Shown: one piece after another, positions 53,597-64,000 of the stretch
How positions within the stretch are numbered: position 1 is the first letter of the stretch
Layout: each line of letters begins with the position of its first letter
NCBI RefSeq assembly: GCF_006345805.1
Contig: NC_043004.1
Coordinates: 58,962,001 to 59,026,000 of the forward strand
Direction of reading: 5' to 3'
DNA from: Octopus sinensis
Taxonomy: Eukaryota
DNA length: 64,000 nt
Translations under genes and position numbers: made by a program
The notes under the pieces: generated by a model
The model's database searches: none
Seen by the model: the letters and a program-made list of their open reading frames with translations, nothing else
Told to the model about the DNA's origin: nothing

Positions 53597-53627
<31 letters not shown>

Positions 53628-53781
53628 ATATGTATGTATATATGTATGTACGTACGTACGTACTTATGTACTTACGTACGAGCGTGCGTCTGTCTGTCTG
53701 TCTGTATATATAAGTATATATATAGATAAATATATACATATATATTATATATACACACACATATATCTATATATACAGACG

Positions 53782-53859
<78 letters not shown>

Positions 53860-54833
53860 CATATATATATGAATATATAGATATATATAGATATATGTAA
53901 GTGCATGTACGCATGTATATGTATGCGTTTATGCAAGTGTGTATGCATATCTATATATATGGTCGCAAGCAATGTGTTAGGCGCGTTTGTACATATCCGG
54001 TTGGTACCAGATCGTTATTGCAGTATGTTAATTGCCGTGTAATTAATTGACCTCATTGAACACACCTCATAGTTACAACATATTCCAATAACAAAAATCA
54101 AACAAACAACAAAATATTACAAACATATCAAAAGCATGAAGAACTAGTCCACACACACACGCACACACACACAAACATATTCAAACCCAACACACATATA
54201 CACACATACGTTCACATAAATGCTCACATATGAACATGAGAACTTACACTCATATCAAACACAACCGTTGCACGTATATACAAACACGTACATATTCAAA
54301 CGCTAAGGAAAACTCACACATACGCGTAGAAACTCGCCCACTAAAACACTTAAATACACACATACACTCACACATAAATACGACAAAGAAAAATCCAAGT
54401 CTCCCTGAAATCGCCTCTACCTAGTACTTATTCTATCGGTTTTTTTTGCCAAACCGCTAAGTTACGGGGACGTAAACTCACCACCATCGTTGTCAAGCGA
54501 TGTTGGGGGGACAAACACAGACACATAAACACACACACATACAAATATATATATATAGTTTCCGTCTACCAAATCCACACACAAGGCTTTGGTCAGCCTG
54601 AGGCTATAGTAGAAGACACCTGCCCAAGGTGCCACGCAGTGGGAATGAACCCGGAGCCATGTGGTTGGTAAGCAAGCTACTTACAACACAACCACTCCTG
54701 CGCCTATCATATATATATATAATATATATATACAGTTAATCCAAACATGAACAAAGAGAAAACACAACAACGCGAGGCCGTGGAACAAGTATAGTGTTAT
54801 TGGACGCTCAGAAAAGGCAAAGAAAGATGGAGG

Positions 54834-54868
54834 ATTTAACGTTTCGAGCGGAGCTCTTCGTCAGAAAC
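54834..54868 (-). ncRNA. Minimal type I hammerhead motif, intact core
   Basis: GUUU CUGACGA A GAGC ucc GCUC GAA ACGU U AAAU. Inside a TA-flanked ~250-bp element (about 54730-54980). Confidence 0.6.
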
Positions 54869-54937
54869 ATAGAAAAAGGAAAGGTCCAAAGGAGGGAAGA
54901 TGGAGAAAAAATCGCTAACGATGCACACGCGGTCACA

Positions 54938-54968
<31 letters not shown>

Positions 54969-56114
54969 AAGGAAAAATGATATAACACATAAATGATATA
55001 ACGTATGTTGAATGTAAAAACGAACGGGAGATAAAGAGAAGGTCCCTAATTCTTCATCAATAATCGACCAATTTGTAATATTCTGTTTCGCACCTTTAAG
55101 GATAAGACTGAATGCTTCCCATTTGGCGGTGCAAGTTCCCTTGCGGGGAATTAGGGACGAATGGAAACAAAAGAAAAGAAGCAAAACCACAGAATGTGAT
55201 TGAGGACGGTGGACAAGACAAACAGTCGAACAAATTACGGCATTGGGGTTAAGGAAGCGAAAATAGTGGGTAACGCTTAGAAAATGTCTTGAAGGATGGA
55301 TAACGGAGAGACAGAGAATTTGCGATCGGTCAGCTACAGACCAGTGTAAAATAGGAAGGAAAAGAGGAACTGGCCACGGTTCACTTGACAGCAGGAAGCA
55401 GAGGAGGAAATACCATATAAATATGTGCGCGCGCGCGCGTGTGTATGTGTATGTGTGTGTGCGTGTACTCTCACACATATATATACACAAACGTATAAGT
55501 GTTTTTTATAACGGACCACGGTCAGAATTTGCGATCAGTTGTTCGACCAATTGACCAACCAAGCTCATTAAATTAGAATCCAAGTGGCTGAGTATTCCTT
55601 AGACATGTATATCCTTAAACTAATTCTCGAACGGAAGTTATTCCTGCCTTGTTATTATTGGAAGATCTTCATTTAGTTCCAGTGTTAAGTGAGGCCAATT
55701 CTTTGAATTTCACTTACAATCAACCCGACGGCTTTCCGCAGAGTTTCTATCTACGGAAGTTTACTCATAATGTATGAATTGCTCTGAAGCTATGGTAAAA
55801 GTGATTCTCAGCGTATGCGGTTGTGTTAACGAATCTTGGAATTAGCGATCTTTTGCACCATTTGGCTATACTTTGCTCATATAGCCATTATGCAAAATAT
55901 GCTCGTGCTTAGGGTATTAAGAGAAGTTGAGGAACCACAAAAATGGTAAATGGTTTACTGGACAAAAAGGAATCACTTTAAATTTGGTAAAATAATACTC
56001 CAAGTGGTTTATATGATCAGAAATATAATTTCGAAGTGTTCATGGTGTCATAATGAGGATCTGATCAAAGAGTTTGCAATTAAAATAACATAGGAGAAAA
56101 CTTTTCGAATATAA

Positions 56115-56296
56115 GGAGTGGCTATGTGGTAAGTAGCTTGCTTACCAACCACATGGTTACGGGTTCAGTCCCACTGCGTGCAACCTTGGGCAAGTGTCTT
56201 ATACTATAGCCTCGGGCCGACCAATGCCTTGTGAGTGGATTTGGTAGACGGAAATTGAAAAGAAGCCCGTCGTATATATGTATATGTATATGTATG

Positions 56297-56341
<45 letters not shown>

Positions 56342-56570
56342 GTGTGTGTTTGTGTGTGTCTGTGTGTTTGTGTTTGTGCCCCCAACATCGCTTGACAACC
56401 GATGCTGGTGCTTTTACGTCCCCGTGACTTCGCGTTTCGGCAAAAGAGACCGATAGAATAAGTACTAAGCTTCCAAAGAATAAGTCCTGGAGTCTATTTA
56501 TTTGCTCGACTAAAAGAGGTGCTCCAGCATAGCCGCAGTCAAATGACTGAAACAAGTAAACGAGTAAAAG
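56115..56570 (+). mobile_element. SINE family A
   Basis: Full head-microsatellite-tail. Other plus copies at 58780-59185 and tail-only 50825-51040. Confidence 0.85.
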
Positions 56571-57149
56571 ATAGTAAAGATATTTTCCATTTTACTGTTT
56601 GTTTTGTTCCCATTTTGACTAATAAAATTCTTTTTTATTGTTTTATTGTTTTATTATTATTGTTTATTATTTTATGGTATATTATTTTCTGAATTATATA
56701 TATATATGAGGGCACTGCCTCTATGGATCTTAAACCGGCACTGGGGCACATGCACAGACATATACATGTATAGAATAACCCCCAGCAATTAACATGGTCG
56801 GATCTACGTGAACTTCTGCAGGTCATTCACACCGGATGATGGTTTGTTTTTCCTGAAATATGCAAAAGCTTCTTAAATTTCTAATTTGGATTGTTAGAAG
56901 CTATCAGTCTTCATTACTTGTTATCTTACTTATATATATACATACACACGCACATGATGATGATGATGATGATGATGATAATCGTAGTGATGATGATCAT
57001 GATGGAGGTGATGTGTTGCTTATGACGGTTATAGTGATGGTCGGTCGACCTGCAAGAAATAACATACAAGTCTCACTGAAGTTGCAACCTGTCGGTACTT
57101 TTAGTTTCTATCATCACGCTATATTGTATGTATGTATATTAAATATGAT

Positions 57150-57181
<32 letters not shown>

Positions 57182-57265
57182 TACACACACACACACACAA
57201 CACACACACACACCACATACACACACCACATACATATATATATATATACACACACACACATATAG

Positions 57266-57298
<33 letters not shown>

Positions 57299-58517
57299 TA
57301 TATGTATATATATATATATATATACATATATATATGTATATAAATACGAAATAGGACAAGAAACACAACACACCCGGACAGTTTGGTCATACAAAAATGG
57401 GACAACAAAACATCCAGATAGACGATACAAAGAAAACAAGGACGGGTCATTCGGAGTTTTCTTTCCTCAGTCGAGTACCAGATCATCTTCGTAATTTCGG
57501 CTGATTATACTCGAGATTGCTCCAATCTGGCCAGCCCCAAGGAAAACCTAAGCTAAGAGCATTAGATTCCTCGGAAGAAAGCAGAGAATGTATGCAAAAA
57601 CAAGGACGGAAAAAAAAACGGAGAATGCACACACATACATACACACATCTGTCTATACAGACATATGCACTAAACTTTATACATACACCCATTAACTTTG
57701 GCGTGCTCTCGTTTCGCAAACACAAACACACAGGCGAATGCACGCACATACTCAAATACATCATGCACGCATACACATACTCACGCATACACTTACTCAT
57801 AACGCTAAAATTTCCCACGGAGATTTTTGGAAAACAAACCCGATACAATTACGAAAACAAATACGCAAACACTATTACAACACAAGCACAAACATTAACG
57901 ATTTTAAATGAGAGAAACAAGAATTAATGAAAGAATTTGTAAAAGAAATCCATGGGAAGCCATCACACTTTCTTAAAAATCAAACTTTTATCATAAATAT
58001 ATTTGACCATTTTTTTTTCCTTTTGTATAATCAGTAAATATAATAGCTTCACTCTCCAATTATCGCTGTCATGACACTTTTTTTTGTTCTTCCTCATTAT
58101 TTCTGCAAAGCTTTTTATGTTTTTGAATTCATAACATATTTTCATTGAAACGTTAAGTAATTTATGTTTTATACAAAATATAATACATCTGATATCATTA
58201 ATTTTTTTTTTTTATTAAATATATCAGAGATTTAGTAGAGGTTATTCACTGGCAATTAACTACGGCAACGATGGCGACGGCAACGAGAGTATGACGATGA
58301 TGGTAGTGGTGACGATGTGACAGCGACGGTGGTGACATCGCCGAAGGATGATGATGATGATGATGTTGGTGATGGTGGTGGTGGTGGTAATTGTTTTCAA
58401 GATAAGGATGATGGTAATGATGTGTTGCTTATGACGGTGATGTTGTTCATCATCATCATCATCATCAACGGACTGTCTGATGATGGTTTAGTTGGCTGAT
58501 ACTTGTCATTGTTAATA

Positions 58518-58579
<62 letters not shown>

Positions 58580-58639
58580 CCTATCTTTCTGTCTATCTAT
58601 CTATTTATTTATCTATCTATCTATCTATTTTTCTATCTG

Positions 58640-58751
<112 letters not shown>

Positions 58752-59203
58752 AGTGTATCTATAAATAATCATAGATACATACGTGGCTGTGTCGGAAGAA
58801 GCTTGCTTCTCGACTACATGATTCCAGGTTCAGTTCTACTGCGTGTCACCTTGGGCAAGTGTGTTCTACTATATTCTCGGGCCGACCAAAGCCTTGTCAA
58901 TGGATATGGTCGATGGAATCTGAAATAAGCCCGTCGTATGTGTGTGTGTGTGTGTGTGCGTGTGTGTATGTGCTCACGCGTTTGTATGTATTTCTGTCTG
59001 TGTTTGTCCCACCACCATCGCTTGACAACCGTTGTTCGTGTGTTTACATCCCCGTAACTTGGCGGTTTCTCAAAAAAATAGAATTAGTCCTAGGTTTACA
59101 AAGAATAAGTCCTGGGATCTATTTTTCAGACTAAAGGCGGTGCTCCAGCATAGCCACAATCAAATATCTGAAAAGAATAAAAGAATATACATATATATAT
59201 ATA

Positions 59204-59238
<35 letters not shown>

Positions 59239-59394
59239 GTAGAAAAATACAAACTGGGAAAAGACGTAAAACATTTAGAAGACGATACAAAAATCACGGA
59301 CGGGACATTCGAAGCCTTCAATCTTCAGTCAAGAACCGGATCATCGTAGCAATTTCGGCTGATTAATCTTGAGATCACTCCGATCTATCTATCT

Positions 59395-59447
<53 letters not shown>

Positions 59448-59523
59448 TATCTATCTATCTATCCCACTCCCTCTCTCTCTCTCTTCTCTTTATAATATAT
59501 ATGTATATATATATTATATATAT

Positions 59524-59554
<31 letters not shown>

Positions 59555-59646
59555 GCATTAAATTTATCGGGGGCAAAAGCACCATCTATAATTTGATGGA
59601 CTGTTTAATTTTAGCGCAAAATGACTATTCTGTAAACCAATGAGTT

Positions 59647-60261
59647 CGGTAAATTCTTCGTCATACTTTTTAATGGCAAAATAAATGCATCGCTAAAGAT
59701 GGTTTAAAATTTCTATTTGCAGAGCAAATATGTTGCATTTCATTAAGAGCGACAAAGAAATCCAAAGTGAAAAAAAAAAATAAATAAAATAAAATATATT
59801 CCCTCCTACCATTTTCAAATCTTTTGAAATGATGAACATGGAATATTCTGTATACGAAATAATAATTTAAAAAAATATACCACTGCAGCAGAAATTCCAC
59901 GCCACAAGAGAAATCTAAAAATAATGCAGTAGAAAATTTACATCGTCAATGAATATCAAAGTCCTCAAATCCTGGATTATTTAAGAAGCATTGCAAAAAA
60001 TATGTCATTTTTAGAATGATTTTATTTCTTTCAATTTAAAATATTGTTGCGATTCTAATTTCAAAAGTAACCTGCATATGTTTTTTTTTCCGTATTATAA
60101 ATTGAACAAATTTAACATTCAGATTTTTTGTTACCGAATTTCTTTAAAATTATTACTAATGAAATGCAATGATTTCATTCTGTGTCTAAAAAATTTCAGT
60201 GATTCAATTAGAGAAAATATCATTTAATCTATGGAGAAAATTCATGACGAAGAACTTACCG
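59647..60261. mobile_element. MITE with 18-bp TIRs
   Basis: cggtaaattcttcgtcat / atgacgaagaacttaccg (17/18), plus internal inverted catttcatta / taatgaaatg. Confidence 0.6.
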
Positions 60262-60336
60262 ACGAAGCATTTAGAAGAATGATATAGTTATCTGACCATT
60301 ATATAATATATACAATATATATATATACATTATATA

Positions 60337-60370
<34 letters not shown>

Positions 60371-60384
60371 TATGCAATCACGCT

Positions 60385-60670
60385 TCAGGACCAGTTACTG
60401 CAACAGCCTGGGTTTCAAGGGCCCACAGCTTTTTTTAATATTCTCTCAAACAGTCTGAGAAACTTGCACAAAGTAGATGTAGGGTTTTTAAATCAAAGCT
60501 GGACCTCTTCCTGTTGAGAGTCCCAGTTGAGCCTACCTCGCGGCAAGAGGTGCAAATTAGGGTGGCTATATCAAGTTCCATTCTTCATCAAGTGCCACAT
60601 ATTAGAGGAGGCTCCTAGTAATAAAAGTTTAGCGCAAAACGGCGGTGCATCAGCATGGCCGCAGCTCTGA
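60385..60670 (+). mobile_element. CR1-group LINE 3' end
   Basis: With a frameshift: SLGFKGPQLF..LRNLHKVDVG.FKSKLDLFLLRVP..PTSRQE, followed by ggcggtgcatcagcatggccgcag. Confidence 0.65.
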
Positions 60671-60829
60671 GCTGAACTTAAATATATTATATATATATAT
60701 ATATACATTCAAAACATATAAGGGATGGCTATAATAGAACATCCGACTCACTAGAAAGAGCAGCTAAACTCCAAACCACTAATAGTTGTAATTCTGAAAT
60801 GGAAAGAGAAATAAAAACATTTACCCTCT

Positions 60830-60886
60830 CCTTTCTGGACTATGCATAGTTTCGGCAATCTTTTGTTGCACTCATCAGCAGAAAAG
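60830..60886 (-). ncRNA. Type I hammerhead ribozyme, canonical core, GUC cleavage triplet
   Basis: Minus strand reads CUUUUCUG CUGAUGA G U GCAA caaaaga UUGC C GAA ACUAUGCAUAGU C CAGAAAGG: 8-bp helix I, 5-bp helix II, helix III a perfect 12-nt palindrome. Confidence 0.85.
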
Positions 60887-61180
60887 CCAAGGACTACCAT
60901 ATATTCACAAGGCGATAACGAGCATGCCTCGCGTCTATATGCTATAAATTTTCAAAATCCACCGCATTCGCGCGGTTTACTCAGCAGTAAATATAAACTG
61001 CCAATTTAATTTCAAAATTAGCCAAAAAATCATTAATTAATAAATTTTAGGGTAGCAAAATATTCGAGAAAAATTCTCCGCTACCAGCGCGCTCCGAAAC
61101 GTAAGATCATTCTCAGTAGAGGGTTCGTCACTCCACTCCAGTTTTCTGCATATAAATACATACATACATACATATATATA

Positions 61181-61219
<39 letters not shown>

Positions 61220-61246
61220 TAGATATATATATATATATATATAGAT

Positions 61247-61277
<31 letters not shown>

Positions 61278-61857
61278 ATATATATATATATACATTTATT
61301 ATATACATATAGGTGAGAGAGGAGAGTAAAGTAATAAGATAAATTGGAGGGGGATCAATAAGTGTATTCCTCAACCTTTAGACATTATATATTGTCAATT
61401 ATTATTTACTAAAAGGACAGTCAAACAATATACATACATGTATAATATATTGTGCTTTACATATATAATATATAAAATATAAAAATATCAGCAATTATTA
61501 TAATAGATAACATAGCAATAGAAATTGGGATAATATCTTACACCTGTTTCAGCCGAGGCAAAAATACCTCATTCTACCTTTATCTCTCCAGTTGACTGAA
61601 GTAATTAGTAGATGAAACTGAGGTTCTTGGGTGTTTCTCTAGGCTTCGCCAGAGATTTTAGAATGTACATAAGGTTAAGTTATAAATATAAATACACACA
61701 CTTTATTTTCTCTCCTTGTTTCTTTCTGTGTTCCTTTCTGAGGAAAAGCGTAGGCTAAAAACGTTAAAGACTTCTCACTTCCCGAGCGTTATACTAATAT
61801 ATCTGTTTGTTGTCTACACCACCTGTCTTCGTCTTTTGTTTTTTTTTTGTGAATTCT

Positions 61858-61896
<39 letters not shown>

Positions 61897-61940
61897 TTAC
61901 TCTGTTATATTATATATTATATAGATAGAATATATTGTAT

Positions 61941-62359
61941 ATATTGTTATATTTCGGAATGGTCATATTGCCAGTTTAGCAATAAAAAAAACGCACTATA
62001 TATTGGTGTATTTTGCTTCAGTGATATTTATTTTTTACATTAATCTTAACCTTATTTCGCCAAAGTTCTTTCGTCACACTCCTGTGACCGCATCAGTGGT
62101 CCTTTGTTTTCTTCTCACTTACTTGTGTCTCTCCTTACTAACCGTCACTGACGGTTAGTAAGGAGAGACAAAAGTAAGTGAGAAGAAAACAAAGGACCAC
62201 TGATGCGGTCACAGGAGTGGACGAAAGAACTTTGGCGCGAAATAAGGTTAAGATTAATGTAAAAAATAAATATCACTGAAGGCAAAATAACACCAAAATA
62301 TAGTGCGTGTGTTTTTATTGGCTAAACTGGCAATATGCCATTCCGAAATATAACAATAT
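61941..62359. repeat. Near-perfect ~420-bp palindrome (1-nt loop at 62148)
   Basis: Centre taaccgtca-c-tgacggtta. The ~207- and ~211-bp arms are reverse complements with a few 1-2-nt indels. Confidence 0.9.
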
Positions 62360-63160
62360 CTGTTTTCAACACACGACTTCAAATAAAAATCTTGCACAAC
62401 AAATATTTAAACGTACTATTGTATATATAACCATCACTTATTATGGTTATCTCTACAGATCTACAGATTTTCAATAGAAATTATAGCCATCCCTGATTTT
62501 GTTATGGCGTTTTGTATCCGAGACGCCTGATGTAAACAGAAACAATGAGATCGAAGATCCAAAATGGGTGGTCGAATTAAATATATTTCGGGATTCCTCA
62601 TCACCCAATTCTCATCTAAATATGCAAAAGCAACTCTTTGCATAAACATTCAATCTTCATTCACCATAATTTAATTCTTACTATCATACACTCTGTCTCA
62701 CATCTTCGCCAACCATAATTGACTAATTGATTCACTACTGTAACATTTACCAGGTACCACAATCTGGCACCAGAACCCTCACATCAAAGTTGCCACATGA
62801 TTTGCTTGTAATAACAGCCGAGTTTTCTTCAAATCACACTCAGTGTTTTAAAAATGTAGAACAATTTGGCCATTTGGATAATGTCCTCTTCATTAGTGTT
62901 TGAAAATATGACTGGTTGGTCATAGTTAGAACGCATTTGATTGTTGGTTTGCACTGATATTGTTCATGTTGAACTGAATATCAACAACGTGAACTGTATT
63001 CGTTTCTCAGACGTCTTCCCAACAAACTATTCATGAACGCCACCAAATTGTTTTTCTCCAATTCTTATGCTATCAACAGTCACTCTTAACTTCGCAACAG
63101 TTATATATATATGCATGCATGTACGTACAGCCATGGTCTGTGGATATGTATAGATATATA

Positions 63161-63206
<46 letters not shown>

Positions 63207-63226
63207 CTATATATATATATACTATT

Positions 63227-63257
<31 letters not shown>

Positions 63258-63289
63258 ATTTCAACATTGAGTGGTAAAAAGTAATAACT

Positions 63290-64000
63290 ATTATCAATTT
63301 TTCACCAAGTATCTCATATGCAAAGGGGAACCATTTAAGGCGAATTCAAATTATTCATTATATTAAAAGGCTTAGATAAATAATTTACTTGCCACAACTG
63401 AACTCATTAGAAATAGTATCTAAAAAAACTTTTTTAAAAACTATTCGAAATACTTAAAGAAAATCTCTCTCATATAGTGTTTGCTCAATTCAACTACGAA
63501 AGTATGGGGGTAAAGACATTAAAAAATCAAATGCAAAGGTTATGAAGAACGTACGTTTCTAGATAGTCAACTCGACATTTCTTTCTCCAGCTCAGAACCC
63601 TTCGGTTTGGAGTTTGAAAACACTGAAGTGGGAGCATACCCTTCGCTTCTTATCGCTTTTGAAGATTCTGCTCGAACTATCAGTGCCAGCAAACTCAAAA
63701 TATGCAAGCGACGGAATTTTGCTATCCCCTTTTCCACCGCGTGGTTAAAATCAGCAAACACTAGGTTTTTTCCCGGTAAAATCCGAAGCATTATAAATAG
63801 AGATAGATTGAATTATAAATTTCAACAATTGAGAGGGTAAAATTAATTAATTATTACTCAATTTCACCAAGTTATTCAGTATGCAAAGGGACCATTTAAG
63901 GCGAATTCAAATTATTACATTATATAAAAGGGCTTAGTAAAAATAAATTACTTTGCCACATACTGAACTCATTAGAAATAGTAGCTAAAAAACTTTTTTA
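63290..64000 (-). mobile_element. Homologous ~560-bp unit with >140-bp terminal redundancy (runs off the window end)
   Basis: About 63290-63435 is repeated at about 63850-64000 with small indels. Abuts (TA)n. Internal hammerhead motif. Confidence 0.55.
63545..63595 (-). ncRNA. Homologous hammerhead motif (A6G core change)
   Basis: CUGAG CUGGAGA A AGA aau GUC gaguu GAC ua UCU A GAA ACGUACGU U CUU. Helices covary with 30701-30760. Confidence 0.55.

Noticed and set aside
60752-60793. 42-nt frame-preserving minus-strand pseudo-exon (xLQLLVVWSLAALS) with good splice signals
   Set aside because: It overlaps a family H repeat and encodes an atypical hydrophobic peptide, with no homology support. 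Junction reads would be needed.
62450-63070. Possibly coding, frameshifted minus-strand segment
   Set aside because: I could not assign any motif by eye; a translated homology search is required.

Overview
AT-rich, microsatellite- and SINE-dense eukaryotic DNA. The repeat families look like octopod cephalopod; this is inferred, not database-checked. The window is almost entirely intronic sequence of a minus-strand NOS1AP/CAPON-like gene. Four phase-compatible exons can be read: 23978-23995 (18-nt microexon), 22766-22810, 5063-5214 and 967-1389, the last encoding the [32 protein letters not shown] motif. I found no PTB-domain exons in the window. The introns hold at least three tRNA-headed SINE families, a 3.3-kb fold-back Penelope-like element (RT + GIY-YIG), and R4/Dong-, CR1- and RTE-type LINE remnants. 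They also hold hAT, piggyBac-like and other MITEs, a non-autonomous Helitron, a 45-bp minisatellite and one 100-N gap. The main unexpected signal is a set of more than ten minimal type I hammerhead ribozyme motifs with palindromic helix III, found by hand-folding. They sit in several different short elements, mostly next to (TA)n tracts. One is fully canonical (60830-60886, minus). A pair with a U3-A8 core lies in the Penelope arms. Two more lie in homologous ~550-bp terminally redundant non-coding units whose helices covary, suggesting a retrozyme-like/Penelope-derived RNA element family. None of the folds or activities has been computed or tested. SINE/LINE coordinates are approximate (about +/-10-20 nt).
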